Below, one piece after another: positions 26,517 to 40,777 of a stretch of DNA of 64,000 nucleotides. The translations under genes and the position numbers were made by a program. Every line of letters starts with the position of its first letter. Position 1 is the first letter of the stretch. The notes below the pieces were generated by a model. The model saw only the letters and a list, made by a program, of their open reading frames with translations, made no database searches and was not told the origin of the DNA. Origin of the DNA: Atractiella rhizophila (taxonomy: Eukaryota); the NCBI GenBank assembly GCA_021432655.1, contig MU271271.1, forward strand, positions 1-64,000, read 5' to 3'.

Positions 26517-28846
26517 CTACAGCTCCCCGTTAAATCTCTTCTTTCCCCGCTCCAAAGCGTGCACCATCTTTCTAACGATGTTCTTAACAACTTCTTTTTT
26601 ATTGCATCCATCGGGAAAGAGGGTGGCCCAATTCCTGCGCCGCTCAACATCTGCCATGGGAAGTTGAAGCGGCTGGGTGAGTTCCCAAAGTAGCTGTACG
26701 ACATGCTCTCGGTCCCAAGCCTCATCATTGACTAGACGTTGCTTCAATCGGTCGGTAAAAACATCCACGTCGTCTGACTCCAAATTGTCGAGAAGACGCA
26801 ATTTCGCGTTCAAGGCATTCGTTTCGTCCGACCACCGCTGAAGTGGATAAGGAATGTCTTGGCGAATGGATTTGTTTCCCTGAATTGTCGAGGATAGATC
26901 CCCCGCCGTTGCCCTCTGTTTCTTGGATCTCGGTTCCTTGGTCCCAGGTTCTTCGGAGCTACTGAAGTTTCTTCCCGACCCTTCTCCTGTCGACGTCTCG
27001 TGCTTGTGGCTGCAATCTCGCTTCAGGAGTGGTCCCAGCTGCCTTTTAGTTTCCGGATAGTAGTTGCAGAAAAAGTAGGTAGGTAACGCAGTAGATCACG
27101 GACTCGATGTCGTCCATAACCGACTGCTCGTACTTATATTCGTTCGTCAAAGCGTTCAGTACGCACCGAGACAGGAACACAAAGGTTCCCTTCATGAAGT
27201 CAACTCAACAAACATATGGAGAGCAGGGCGAGCTACACTACTCACTGAAAGTGGATGTGGCTTTGAACGAAATTTGTCCTTGATCTTCTCATGTTGTATC
27301 GAGAAGTCAAATCATTCAACCATCCGACAACTGGAGTATTCCCAGTATCCGCACCCGTCTGGAACTCGCGGATGAAGATGTTCGCATAGGAAACATCTCG
27401 ATGGACAAAGTCGTGATCGTTCAGCTTGGCCAATTCTGTCAACACATTAAGGCGAGAGCCGCAAAACAAAGAGAGAGCACGCACGCGTTAAGACACCTTT
27501 GAATGCGTCGAGGACATCGTCCAGATGTTTCGCTGAAGAAAGAGGGAGGCCGGCCGTAGAATGGTAGATGAGAATGGGAATTCGATCTGTCTCCATGACC
27601 TCTGAAACATCGCTGCCCTTCCAGAGAGCATTCTTGGACAGGAGGTTTCTAGTTGAAAGATTAGGCTAAGAAAGAATGAGACGAGGAGCGTGTCGTAACC
27701 ATTCCAAATCCATCGCATCCGCTGGCAATCCATCGAGCTTTCGTGGCGGTTGGGTCTTCCAAAGGCTCCTCCAATGATCGAAAAGTTTGACGTGCTCCTC
27801 CAACCTTTCCAACAGGATATTCGCCAGCCACACATACTTGATGACACCATACTTTCCTCCTTCCAGCTCGCACATCCAAACTTGCGTTCCGCTGCCGGCA
27901 ATGGAATATGATCGAAATAGGATTTCCTGCACCCAGTTAGGCTTGAACTCGGAGCTGTCGCCAACTACATGCCATCCCTTCAAACGTCCGTTAGGTCCAG
28001 TTTAAATTTGTGATTGGGATTTGGGATAAATTGGGAAGGAAGAAGCATTGTGGACGACGGCGTGGCTGCAGACGCGAACGTTGGCTCTACTGAGCGTAGC
28101 GGAACGTTGGGCAAATTGGCGTGGGGGGTTGAGCCGAAAAACTGATTCACAGGCTCCTCAATTCGAGACCGACAGTCTAACTCCCAGGTGAAGTGCCACG
28201 CTGGGTCGTGATCAAAGATGTTGAGAAATCCGATCTGTTCCTCGCTCGCTTTCGCAAACTTTGCAATGGTTCGCGCGACTTCTTTGAAGTGGTCTTCGAG
28301 GCCTTTCGGCTTTCCCCGAAAGTGCCCACCACGCATACAATTACTCCAAGAGTATTGTTTATCTCCATCTTTATCAATCAACAGATTCCAGACAAAACAG
28401 CGAGGTCTCGCCCCGAGAGTGTAGGCAGCGTTTCGTGCTAGTTGCGTGTTCCCATCCGAAGCAGCACTCTGAAGTTGGTCTTGGAACTCGAATGACAGCG
28501 AAATGTTCGAGTACGCTATCACAGGAGGCTCGATCTCGTGGTGAATCAGAACTCCGCCCATCTTCGCACAATCATCCTTCCAATCTGCTGCCTTATAGGT
28601 CATTAGCTCGACTGGCAATTCGATCTCGACATCTATATTTGGATGGAGATCCTCCAACACCACAACGGGTGATTCCGACTTGAATCGTTCACCTAGTTGC
28701 AAGTTGCGCTGCAGCAGTTTGAAGTTCGGGGGAATATTCCTTGGCGTTGCCCCTTGTTGATATTCTGGCTTTGGGTTTTGAGACGCGTCCGGAGTGGCGG
28801 GTAGTGGCGTGGATCCTCTAGTCTTCTTTGTCCTCCTCTTCGTCAT
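26517..28846 (-). CDS. Fungal-type protein kinase (FunK1/Pkinase_fungal), frameshifted as sequenced
   Basis: RSYSIAGSGTQVW..GVIKYVW, FVHRDVSYANIF, GWLND(F)DFS, GTFVFLS, DDIESVIY. Apparent 1-bp frameshifts near 28003 and 27310. Confidence 0.8.
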
Positions 28847-29228
28847 ACTCGTTTGTTGACCTGAGAGAATGGGTCCAGGGTCGGGGTTAGGTATTGGTTA
28901 TGATAGGAGGATCTGGAGAAAGAATGATGGTTAGATTCAGGGAGCAGAGACTCAGAATTTTGAATGTGTACCGTGACTGCCTTGCTCCGGCAAGTGCTAA
29001 CAAGCGGGTGGAGATGCTTGTTCAGGAGGGGGATTTAAGCACTCATACGCAGGTGCGGTCCACTATTATTGTGGCTTGAGCTGACGTGAATTTCAGAGTG
29101 TCGATGTTGACCCGTCGTTCTAGTTTAGTGAGTTGGCACCCATTATCTCGGCTCAGTAAACCTTATACAACCAAGCCCACCAATCACTCCTTCCTTTAAT
29201 AGTTCGCAAATCGCAACAAGATCCAAAG

Positions 29229-30490
29229 TCAAGGACCAATCAAAATTTCCAAGACATCTTTCCACGCTTGTGCCGCTCTGTCATCCCTGAATCTCAGCCC
29301 AACCATTGTCGCGTCCAACTCCATGTCCAACCCAGTTGGGCGGTTGAGAACCAGGTCTACAAGATCCTTCGACAGTTTGAGCTCGGCCTTTCCAGAATAT
29401 AAGGCATCAATGGATGAATGGAATATACAGAGGGAGAGGCATGGATGTGACGTACGATGTGTTCTTTTATGTATCCCAGGAGGCACTGTTGGATATCCTC
29501 GTATGCTAACGCATAGGGAGTGAAAAGCAGAGAAAACGCCACTCCGCCTCCTAGGCACAGTGGTAGAGATTTGAGCACAAGACGTTTGAGATTATCGCTT
29601 CCGTATCCTATTTTAAATTGATTTCGAACATCAGTCTCGCAAATAGCACTGGCATGAATAGACGCACGTTCTGCACAGACGTAAACCTCAAGCGGATTGC
29701 AATGTGTCGCTCGATTCTCTCTATCCAGCTCTACCAGTTGGGCTTCGTAGTGGTCATAGGGTCCTGTGAAGTATGGAGTGGCGAAGTGAATGCTTCTGCA
29801 GACACACACATATCGTTGGATGGTGATACCACCAGTTGCCTTAAGTGCAACAAAGGGAGGGCGTGCCCGCTGTACAACCAGCGGACAAAGGAATAGAAGG
29901 TTCGATATCGCATCCTCTGAACTGAGATCTCCTTTGCCCCATCCACGGTACTCTTCGTTTCCCCCGCTTGTCCCTTTCCTTTCTTCGTTTTCTTTTTCTG
30001 TTTAGTGTTCAACGCTTCCATCCACAACATTCATTTAAGCTATTGATGGTAGTAGGGAAGAGGGGCACAGCGTACTTTCAGCAAAGTATGAAGAACGAGC
30101 AGTCAAGATGCTGCGCTGTGCATAGAGGTATTCGTAATCGCTTGAGGAGGATGGGGACTGGATTCGGAAAATGATGTCCGCGGTCGCAGAATTGTTAAAA
30201 AGCTCGTTCATGAAAATTTTAAAAATGGATTTGGGCATGACCGTAAAGTCCTGCCCAACCTCTGCATATTGAAGACAGTCGGAGCTGGGAAAACTAGCAA
30301 TACGGTACGCGGGCTCTTCAGACTTATCGTTTGGGCTTGGGGGAAGATTGACAGAACCGAAGGTAGAGAACTTGCAGCTCTCTGGACTTTGCGGTGGCAG
30401 ATCAGTCAGTGCCGCTGGGGCTGAGAGAAGCGGCTCAGTTGGTAAAGCGGAAGGTGATTGAGCGGTAGGAGAGGGTGGTAAATGAAACAT
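29229..30490 (-). CDS. BTB/POZ-domain protein
   Basis: LFNNSATADIIFRI..YLYAQRSILTARSSYF and ISVQRMRYRTFYSFVRWLYSG; intron-split. Confidence 0.8.
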
Positions 30491-32093
30491 GTTATCGAAG
30501 ATTGGAGAAATATTGATCAATGAAGTGAATAAATCGATGCGGCCCTCAATGAGCTTTAAGCTTCCAAGGTTTTCAACGAAGCCCTGTTTGGTCGAGTGTT
30601 GGTTTTATGACTTTGGGGAGATCTGATTACACCCGTTATTCTGGGAGAACGATTATTTTGGAAGAACGTGGAGAATTGCGAACCTTCTTATGTGCCCAAT
30701 GCAACGGACGTCACCGACGCGTGGCCGACTTCCTCGAACTTTGCTCGGATCCTGATCTTCCTTCAGCCTATCATCATTTACCTACTTCTATAAAGACCTC
30801 TCTAGTGCTCTGGAATACAGTACCTCCCCATTCAGCGGATTTCTTGGAGTATTTGCGCAAGTTGAAACTGTTGGGTTTGATAACTGCTGCTGGATGATTG
30901 GAGCGGGTGAGTCTTTCCTGGTCAGAGCTGGGGTCGTGGATCATAAAGCGCCGGTGTGACGTACATGTGCTATGGCATTGTCTCTCCCAACAGGTTGGAA
31001 GCAAAGAGTATGCGAGAAGTTCTCGCAAGTACAAACACTGCGTTGAAGGGAACAAAGGGGAGATTAGACGAGTTTGATTTCTCCTTTCTTACTATGCACA
31101 TCCCCTCTTTGACTGCTCAAAGCTAGTGACCTTGTTCTTCGTTTGCTTGTCGTGTTGGCTCACCACCTGGTCATCCTCGGTCTAGCGGCAGAGTTGCATT
31201 GCTGCTTCGGATGTGAGGAGTGCGTGGACGTGCGGTTTCGATAAACGCCACTGACGAGAGATCAAGAAAGTTGAAGAGGTAGATGGAGAATGAACCTCTC
31301 TTGCCTCCAGCTGGAATACCGTCGATGATCCTCGAGCTTGGTTTATCAATCTGCATGGTTTCACGACCTTAATTAGTGCACTTTCCTTTCGCGTTCAGTG
31401 ACATGTGCGCAACATTGATATAGTACAGTCCAGACGAATGTACTATATCAGTCTTTTTTTCAAAGTATTCGCAAAAATCAAAGAAGGTAGAGGAAGCCTA
31501 ACAGTCATGCACCTTTCCCCTGGGCATGAAAGCTAAGGTGTAGCCTGTGGCAATTTACGACCATACTTCTTTCTCCCATGACTTTCTTGCTCGCCATGGT
31601 AGTTCCTTTCAAAAATGGACTTGAAGATGGCCAGAACCTTCTGGGTTGCACCCAGGAGGAAGAGGTGTCGTGATGGAAAGAAGCTGGAAATCTGGTACAC
31701 CTTACTTCCTTCTGATCTCCCTTCACCGCAGTTACTGGAAAGAGATGCCGTTTCGGATTGAATAAAAGGTGATGAGATCATAATCCGAACGTTTCCTCCT
31801 GTGTGTTGCATTCAGTGCCCGGGATTTGTTTTTGCTTCAGAATGACATCGAAGCTGGAATAACTGAAAGCTTACTGACGAAAGTCCAGTCCAATCCATCA
31901 CCGTCTGATCATTTGTGCCTCGCAAGCGGTTGACGATACTACGACGGAATATCAGTCGAGCGAATACCGAAGGGATATTAGTCGAGCGACCTCCAATAGT
32001 CACCTCCGAAAGTGGATACACACCCGTCAGTCTCGTCTTCAGCCAGTCCCGAAGTTACAGCTGTTGAGTGATCAGCATTTACAGGATTTGAAA

Positions 32094-34120
32094 ATGGAGT
32101 TCTATCCAGCACCTCAAGCAAGATGTCCTGCCTGCCAACCACCAGCGCGCTGCCCCCGGTGCCCCCCACAGCCAGCTGCTTCCTTTCCGCCAGTCTCTCC
32201 CCTCCATACACGGGCACCTCCTTTTACATCACCACACCGTCGTTCTTTCCCTCAGCATGTTCCTCCTCCCGTCATACCGCTTGCTGCTCCACGTCCAGCA
32301 TACATGTGCGCTTCTCTCTTACCACCAGGAAAGAGAGGTGGAGGGAGGCGCTGTCCCAACCGTGTCCTTCAACCGGATGGTTTTTGCGAGGCTCACCAAT
32401 CTCAAGCTTTCAGCTCTTTCTCTCCCCACGATGGCGGACATCAAGCAAGGACCGCACATCTTCGTCCTCCTCTCCAGCCCCATCCGAGTTTGAACTCGAA
32501 TAACGGGACACGAAGCGTGGAAGGGAGGATCAATCAAGAGTTTGTGGAATGGAGTAAAAGCGAGTTCAACGCTTACGATCGCCGTCGCGAGGCATTGGAA
32601 CGACAATCATCGAACCCGAATCTGAGAGAGAAGGAAAAAATGGAACGTGATCGGGAAGCGGAGCTCGAAAAAGAGCTTACGCGATTAGCCTTGAAACGAC
32701 AAGCGTTAGAACGCATGCAGCAACAACGAGCTTTAGAGGCAGAGGAGCGAGCTGTGCAGGCGAGATTGAAGATGAAGAGAGAAGAATTCGCCCGAATGGA
32801 ACTTGAGGAGTTGATGGAGAGAGAGCGGGAGGCTGAAATTGCGAAACGGGATTTGGATCGAATGGAGACATTGAGGAGGGTGCATGCTGAGGAGGCTCGT
32901 ATCAAAAGAGAACGGGTGGAGCGGGAACTGAGGCAGAAGATGCAGCAGAACGAGAAAGAAAGGCATGATCAGTGGGAGAGGAAAGAGAGGGAGAAGGTTG
33001 TTGATGCACTTTCAGATGAGGACGATGAATTAGAGGAACGGGAAGAGGACTCAATACACGAAGCAGAGCGAGAGAGGAAGAGGAGGGAAGATGTGAGGAG
33101 GGTCGAGGAACAACGCAGGAGGGAACAACAGGCGAGAGCAGGGAGAGAACGCTCTAGTGCCGATTTGGAGAAGCTAAAACGGTTGAAGGAGGAGATGGAG
33201 CGTTTGAAAATAGAGGCAGAACTGTTGAGATTGAAGGTGGAGCTAGAACGTGGGAAACAGACGTCAGGCCATGGAGAAACAAAGGAGGAAGAAGAGCAAT
33301 GGCGCGTTCTTGAAGAATGGGTCAACGGACTCAAACCGCCGCCGCCGCATGAAACACCAGCATCCTCATCCCGCGAGAAGACAACCAGACCCCCCAATCC
33401 TCCTCGTGGCTCATTCCGAGTTCGCGTACCCCCGGGTGGCACATCGAGAGGAGGAGCAACAGGCAGAAATACCGGTAGGGGAAGGGGTAAGGAAGACCAT
33501 CCGCTGCCCAGGAGTGCATCCAACCCACAGCTTCGCAATTCCGGTGTCTCTCCATCTACAGAGCCGAACGGACGCCCTTCGTCGCATCCAGGACCTGCCA
33601 ATTTATCCCGAGGTGCCAGCGCTCCATCCGCCATTCCTACGCAGGATCCTAACATGTCCACCACCGAGTCAGCGAAAGAGGAGAGGGAGCGGCTTATTCC
33701 ACGCCGTGGAGAAAACTTCGAGCAGCTGTTGGGGAGATATATTGATTTTCTTTCTCGCCCACTGCATGTTTCCGGGGAGAAGATGCACTTTTTTGAGGTT
33801 CCCTGGCCCATTGAGAAACGATATACCACACCGAACTCTGTTGTACCTTCCGACATAACCGCGTTGGCTGTTGTGCAGTTTCTCGAAAGGGCAAACGGTT
33901 ATTAGACGACGAGCAATGGAAATTACTGCTTAAGCGGCTGCTATTAAGTTTCCATGAGGATAAGACTAAGGGTTTGGTGGATTCTGTTGCGGAGGACCTG
34001 GCGGGAGATCGACAATGCGAGGGATTAGATGAAGACGAGAGGAAAGAGCTTGTAAGGGAGGCTCTCAGAGTGGTCGTCAGAATTGCGATGGGATTCAAGA
34101 GCGGGAACGTTTTTCTCTAA
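32094..34120 (+). CDS. Coiled-coil protein with an N-terminal Cys/His motif and a C-terminal PWP...FHEDK domain
   Basis: ~600-aa ORF with a long E/R/K coiled coil. FFEVPWPI..ITALAVVQFL continues after a frame change at ~33900 as LDDEQWKLLLKRLLLSFHEDK..FL* (34120). Confidence 0.7.
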
Positions 34121-34446
34121 CAGAGAAGGGATGTGAGATTTTGGGTCGTTGTGGATTGGACAAGTTATCAGTGTATACCTAGATTCGTAGATCCGTTTTG
34201 TGCTTCTTTTTGGATGACTAGTGCAGTTGACGATGAATATGCAATATTAGGTGTACCATTGTAGAAATAAAGTATTTCTTTTCTTTCACCTCATCACACC
34301 CAACGTGAGTGGCGTAAGAAGCTGTGACTGCAAAGATTCAATATTCGTAGCCTGAGGCAGCAAACGCATATTCTATGGCCATCTGGAATTGCCAAGGGTG
34401 ACAGCATTTCCAGTGTTGCAATAAGATTATGATAAATACTGCCACT

Positions 34447-37400
34447 TTACAGCTCTTCCGTATTGGATCTCACCATCAACTACCGTGGCGAGCACCTTCG
34501 TCCCCAGGATCTCATTAACGGGGAACAGTCATTAAATCTCTACTCCAGATGACGAAGTCCGCCTTCTTCCCTTCCTTAATGCTCCCCAACTCATCTTCGC
34601 TGAACGAGGCATAGGCTGGGTCCAGCGTCAGACCTTTTATGGTTTCCTCTCGCGTTAGGCGTTGGTCCGGAAACCATCCCCCAGGTCCATGCGGTGATGT
34701 CTGGAAAATTAGTTGGATGTGGAATGAAGAGGACAAAGAAGCGCTTACTCCTTCCGCAGTCAGACGCGTTATCGCGGCATAGAACGTAACGAGGGGGTTA
34801 TTGGATTCAACTGGAAAGTCAGAACCGAGTGTTATCGGTGCTCCCGCACTATTGAGGGCCAATCAGGTCACAGCCAAGCAGGATTGGGAAAAATGAACTT
34901 GATCATCTTGCGGAAAGCGTAGGTACCCTTGGCCCGCTCGAACCCGAGTCTCTTTTCTGCATATGCCTGTTGTGGAAATAAGCGAACGAAAAAAATAAAG
35001 AGAAGACGTGCCATGTCACTTGTGGCATGAGTAGGCTGGATCGACGCGATGACACCACTCTTTCCAAGACGTGGAAAATCCTGCTCCCTCATAATCTGCA
35101 CATGTTCGATTCTTGGTCTGAACTTCTTCGGATCCCGTCCTTTCCCCTGTAGCTCTTTCTCGAAGATAGAAAGCACTTCTGAATTCGCACGGTCCCCAAT
35201 GGCATGGATATTCTGAGTGGAATCATCGGTCCCTCAAATTTAAAGAAATGAGGGACCACTCACAACCTGCCAACCGTCTTCGAAAAACCTCGGTACGAAC
35301 TCCTGCATCTCCTCTAAAGGAACTCGGAAGAAACCAGTTGTATTGACATCTTGGAACGGCTCATACATGACGGCAGAGCAAGATCCAAGAGAGCCTTTTA
35401 TTCGTGCAAGTCAACAGAAAGAAGGATAAGCGGCAAAGGGCTCACCGTCGCCAACGAGCTTGATGGCGCGCAGATTCAGACGCCCATCTTTCCCGTAGTT
35501 ATGCAATTTGGGTATCTTACCCCAATATCCGGTCCCCGACACTCGATTAGCCATTAAGTACATGCGCATCTGCCCATATCACAGTACGATTAGTCTATCT
35601 GTCGATTCAGATACGGAGACTGACAGGTAGAATACCCTCTTCAGCCCATCTAAAAATTTCGATCAGTTGCTGCATAGAAACCTGGGTGGTGGTGACGCAC
35701 TTTTTGTAGTATCCTATCTCTTCCTCAGAAGTCATGGCATCATGACACTTTGTCACACCGACTTTGAGCGCTTCTTCAGCAGCGCGTAGGAAGAAAGCCC
35801 GTTTTGTGGATTCCGACCACTCTGGTTTAGGTAAGAGGGTTGAAGCTTGGTCCAGGAATATCCCTATTCTCGAACCCTCTTACCTTTCTCCTCCATATAT
35901 CAAACAGTAATGGACGAACCGGTAGGAACGCCGTTGGAGTCTCGCAACACCTCGCCGCCTTCTACTTTGTCGGGCAGCTTCCCAGTTAGCTCGATGACTT
36001 TGCTATTGACCCAGAACGCGTGGAGGTCCTTCCTGCTCAAAATGATGGGGACTCTTCTGAGAACGGGATCGGCATCAAGATGAGTCTGACCCAAGTTTCC
36101 ACGTTATTATGTCGTAGGATCGTAAGAGGGTTTGCGTTAGAAGCAGGTAACGCACTTTGTTTGGGAAGCCGCCTGTCCATCCTTCCCAGCTCTGTTCATA
36201 CCATCCCTGGCCTTCTACCCATCCTGTTCCATCCCACTCCTCTTCGATGTACCTCCGAATCTTGGCAATCACAGCTGGCAGGTCAGGGAGATTTGCAAGG
36301 TCCAACGAGCGTGACCAGCCCTTAATTTCTCTATTGATCAGCGGCTGTTGACATGAAGCGGAAGTAGGTTAGGTACTCACGTATTGAATCATGTGAACGT
36401 GAGAGTCAGAAAAGCCTGGTGTAAGAATCGATCCCTCGGGGAGAGTGTAGGTAGGTGAAAGGTTTGTGTCTGTCCTCACGGCACCAAGTCAGCATAGAGT
36501 GACTATCAACACGCTATCATGTTCTGCTACACAGTGGTGCCTGCACATGCTAGAACCAACCCGATCGCGAGACATCTCAGATACCGTGAGAGAGCAATGA
36601 ATAGGAGCTATAGTTTCCCAAATGATTCTCTCCGCAATGGATTTTGAGCGGCGTTGTGGTTTTCGCACAGAGCTAGTCTAAATAATGGTCTGCTGTGCGC
36701 CACGAACTGCACTCCAGTGTCCAATAACAGGCAACAGGAGTGTACCAAAGAAACACCTGTTTCGCTCCCACATCCTTCAATCCAGACTAGAATCAGGGCT
36801 GCAAAAATGCATAACTAGATCTGTGGCTCGACTCCTTTGAAGAATAAAGAAAGGGACGCCTCACGAGTAAGTGAGTCTTTTATAACAATCGAAATAGGAA
36901 GTATTACATGCCGCATGACATTTGGGGTCCAGTAGCCAGATTAAAAGAATACGTGCCAAGTCCTTCCACTCTCTTCACAGCTGTCAAATCCAGCTCTAGT
37001 CGAAATAGGCTGCGTTCTCCCTCGAATTGACTGAGTGGAACGACGCAGCCTCGCTGATTTATATACAATGCAAAAGCTTGGTCTAGCATCAAGAAGGGTT
37101 CGAGAATAGTTTCATCCTTATGCACTTTCCTCAACTGACAATCAGCAAGACAAAAGCTAGTACTGAGCAATAGAAGCAAGCGGACGAGCAGTCTTCAAAA
37201 TATCGGACTTAGGAGAAAATACTGAAGTGGGAATTGTCCCGAGGTGAAGAGAAAACAGTGAATGGACAGCGCGATTCTAGAGCGGAGGTATGATCGCCCA
37301 ACATATCATGCGATGAAGGGCGTCGCAGGTGAATACAGCAAGAAAATGTCCTTTGGACAAAACAGTGACGATGCACGTCACGCAACTCACGACTTGGACG

Positions 37401-37988
37401 CTGATTCTAAGCATCCTGCAAGTATTTTCACCAAATGGCTCGAAAATCAAGATGCACTCTTTAGAACCATAGAGAGCTTGTGGTCCAACAGAACCGTTGG
37501 AGGGGAGATGAAGGATAGTCCTTTTCCAGATTGGCGAGTGATTTCATCACTCATAACTCAAGCACAAAGAGACTCGATAAACTCTAGTGCTTAAGCACAG
37601 AAGAATGAGAAAGAGGAAGTTCGAATACTTAGAAAGATGGGATTATTGAGGGATGCACACCTCTCGCCACAAATTTCCCAAACCTCCCTCCGTTGACCTC
37701 CACACACTCCTGCCACATATCACCCTGTGGCTTCCCGTCATCCGCATAATCGACAGTATAAATCTGTCTCTTCCCAGCGGACGAGCAAATGGTCCACCCC
37801 TTCTCTTCACCTACTTCTTCTTTCCTTCCGAGCACGACGAGGACAATGACGCACGAGAGGGCGACGAAGGAGAGGAGGGACAATGGGAGGACGATGGTTC
37901 TGTTTTTACCCTTCCGCACCTCCTTTGGTGTGGATTGGGCGGAGGGCAGGAGGGGAGTCGTTTCTGAGTCTTCTCCTTGTGAGTCCAT
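34447..37988 (-). CDS. Amidohydrolase-3 (YtcJ-like) protein with N-terminal transmembrane anchor
   Basis: PGFSDSHVH, IHAIGDRAN, RIEHVQIM, IQPTHATSDM, LGSDFPVE, GSIKEGKKADFVIW. Hydrophobic LPLSLLSFVALSCVIVLVVL near the start. Many short introns and one of ~1.2 kb. Confidence 0.88.
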
Positions 37989-39104
37989 GATACCTTAGCT
38001 GCAGCTATGTAGCAACTTGAACTCGAATGAACGGGAACTTGAACAGGCGACTTTTGAGCAACTGGTCCTAATTTGCAAATCTTCGGAGAAGACGGAGTTC
38101 GGTGGATGAAACGACAAATACTTTCACCAAACTTTCACCTCAGCTAGTTGGCAGCTTACGAACAACTAGGACCATGCAAATTTAGGGTGATAATGGGTGA
38201 TAATGGGTGAAGCTGACCCAAGAGATGAAACTACGAAAAAGTGAACGGGGGCAGAGATTAAAGGTGGGTGTTGCTCCATTACCTATAATGGTGAAGGCGT
38301 TCTGTTCGTGGAAAGCGCTGCTGGTATCGGCAGACGTGTTGTAGCTTATGTAAAGGAGGGCATGATTCTAGCCGACTTATGATCACTGATTAGCAATATG
38401 AAGGAGTCTGGCTGACGCATATGCACCGTTCCTCCCTCTCAAAGAATGAGGCGAGACAACTCGTCAGCTCTTTTAGACGAACTCCATTCACCAATACTTG
38501 CCACAAAAGCGAAGCAGCTACATTTCGTTACCTTTTCAAGTCGTGATCGAAGCCTTGTTCTCGAAACCCAACTAAAGCATGGAGCAAGAAGCTGACAGCC
38601 TATCTAAATATCAAATCAGCAATCGGCCACCCACCATTAACATCACATAAACTCCTTCCACAATATGTGGCGTACCATCTCACGACTTGATATGATGTTT
38701 AGCTCTCAATTCACGCCTACAGAGTGTTCCGAGGGCCATATCCCTCGTAAACAAGAAGATTATGGGCATTCGATCAGCTCCCTCTTCGTCCTCTCCGAAA
38801 CCGCGAAAACAACAGTGTCCTCCCCCATTCCCTGCAGTGACAGTTTGTTTGGAGTTGCAATCCACGGATCATTCATTTATTGCACATTTCCTGGACAAGC
38901 TAGTCATATAACAAGATTTGAACTTCGGATAAAGCAGTTGACCGACCACTTTGTGGGCTACTTAAAATTGGAGATTTAAACGAACCACAAGGTCGTTTGC
39001 AAGTTCTGTCATATCCGCGAGCACATCCTTCAGAGCTACCGACATCCAGCCCTAACTCCTAGTCATATAATTCCTGGAATTTGAATCAGAGTGTCTCTTT
39101 CACT

Positions 39105-40777
39105 CAATCCTCAACTTTCGCGATAATCCATTCACCAGCCACACACTCTTTCATCGCCATCCTGGCTACATGGATCTCTTCCTCGAACCACTCGCCAAAG
39201 AATAAACGAACATCAGTGTTATCTCACGTATCGTGGTTGCAGCCTTGAGAGCGCTGAAGAATCGGTATGGGACGAGATTTGAATCCTCTTCACCCCCATC
39301 GAGAAACAGTTGGGTCAGCTGTGTCAGACGGGATAAGTCCAGCGGAGTGGGCAGGATGGAAGTCTTTCCACTAGAGGAGAAAGGGGCGAGTTCGACTGTG
39401 AGCTGTTCTAGGAAAGGCGGGAGGGGGTTGGCTGAGACGGAGGGAGGGAGAGGACACAGATGGGAGAGAATCAGGTTTTCGAGAGTGCGTGGGAGAGAGA
39501 GCGATGGGAGAGGCGGATACTTGCGCAGACTCAGATCTATGAGTCCAGAACGCAATCGAAGGCCTGCTGATGCTGACAGGGGAGAGGAAGGAGAAGAGTC
39601 CTCCACATCGGAAGCTTCAAGGGCCACGATCTTCCTCTTCCTCTGCATAAAGTTCTCAACCTCTTCCTTCCTCCATTTTCTTGAGCCCTCATCTCCAAAA
39701 ATTATATCATCCAACAGTTTCAGGCTTCGAATTGCCTTTAACACAATCTTCGCTTCCTCCTCGTCCCAGAATGCGTTCAACTCCACTTCAGTAACATTCG
39801 GCGAACCCTCTATGACCACCTTCACCACTTCAATGCTGACACGTTCTTTGAAATGCAGTCGTTTCCACATCCGTCCAGCGCCAGGATAAAATGCCAATCG
39901 CGCATACGCCTCTGCTGCAGACGCGGGCTCGCCCCAATAAGGAAGTGCAATAGTCCTCCAGAGCTTGCACACTTGAGAGAGGATAGACCCTGCACTGTAT
40001 CCATCGAAATGATCATCGCCTTGGAAAATTGTTACAAACTGCAGGATGAGAGAGAGGAGCTCGAGAGGCAAGCGAGAGACTGAGCATGGGAAAACCTCCA
40101 TAGTCGGGGGAACCAACAGTTGGACAATGTTCACGGTGCTGTCATGGAGGTATGGGAGGGATGATGATTCATCGCCACTGATAGGGACGAAGGAGCGTTT
40201 GCTCTTGGAGTATAAGGCGATTGGTTCGAAGATGCCCTTCTCTGGAAGGAGAGGAAACGTACGAGCGAATGGCTCCGTGTAAGGTGGTAGCACGCTTGAA
40301 TTATCGCAAGGATCAATGTAGGGGTTGTGATATGAAAGGAGCGATTCGACACCTGAATCGCCATCTGAATCAACAACTGAACCAAGGTCGGAATTGACAT
40401 CTGAATCAACATTTGCGTCAATATCTGAATCAGCAGATGAAGGCAGTTCAAGTTCTGTAGTGGTTACCGCGACATTTTTGCGACTGAAGGTGAAGAAAAG
40501 GCTGGCAACACCATCCTTTTGGATTGCATTTTTGAGACATTCAAGTGACAAATAGGACAATTTGGAAGACATGCCTCCAGGATCGCGGTACGTGAACTGG
40601 CGAGGCAAAATAAAAGTAATCCGGAGCGTGTGAATTGACGGCGGTAAGCGAGATATGAAAGAGGGAAGAATGGAGACGTAGACAGAGGTGGTGACTCTTC
40701 CTGGTGTGACTATATTGACCAGTGCCCTCGAGTTTGGTTCCTGAGAGCCCTGGCAGGATCGATGTTCGATGCTTCAT
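39105..40777 (-). CDS. F-box-like family paralog with a C-terminal frameshifting deletion
   Basis: SRLPLELLSLILQFV..LSQVCKLWRTI; strong similarity to the 16.5-18.2 kb gene. After EITL the RYCVVD..FFGDW block is absent and VRLFFGEWFEEE lies out of frame. Confidence 0.8.

Noticed and set aside
30607..31800. Small ORFs including a CAQC motif
   Set aside because: Short and unsupported by anything else in the sequence.
32969..33856. 295-aa minus-strand ORF
   Set aside because: Antisense to the coiled-coil gene; low complexity.
36530..36556. Helitron-like hairpin plus CTAG
   Set aside because: The stem is only 4 bp and there is no matching 5' end or A/T insertion site.
39233..39889. 218-aa plus-strand ORF
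   Set aside because: Antisense to the F-box-like gene.
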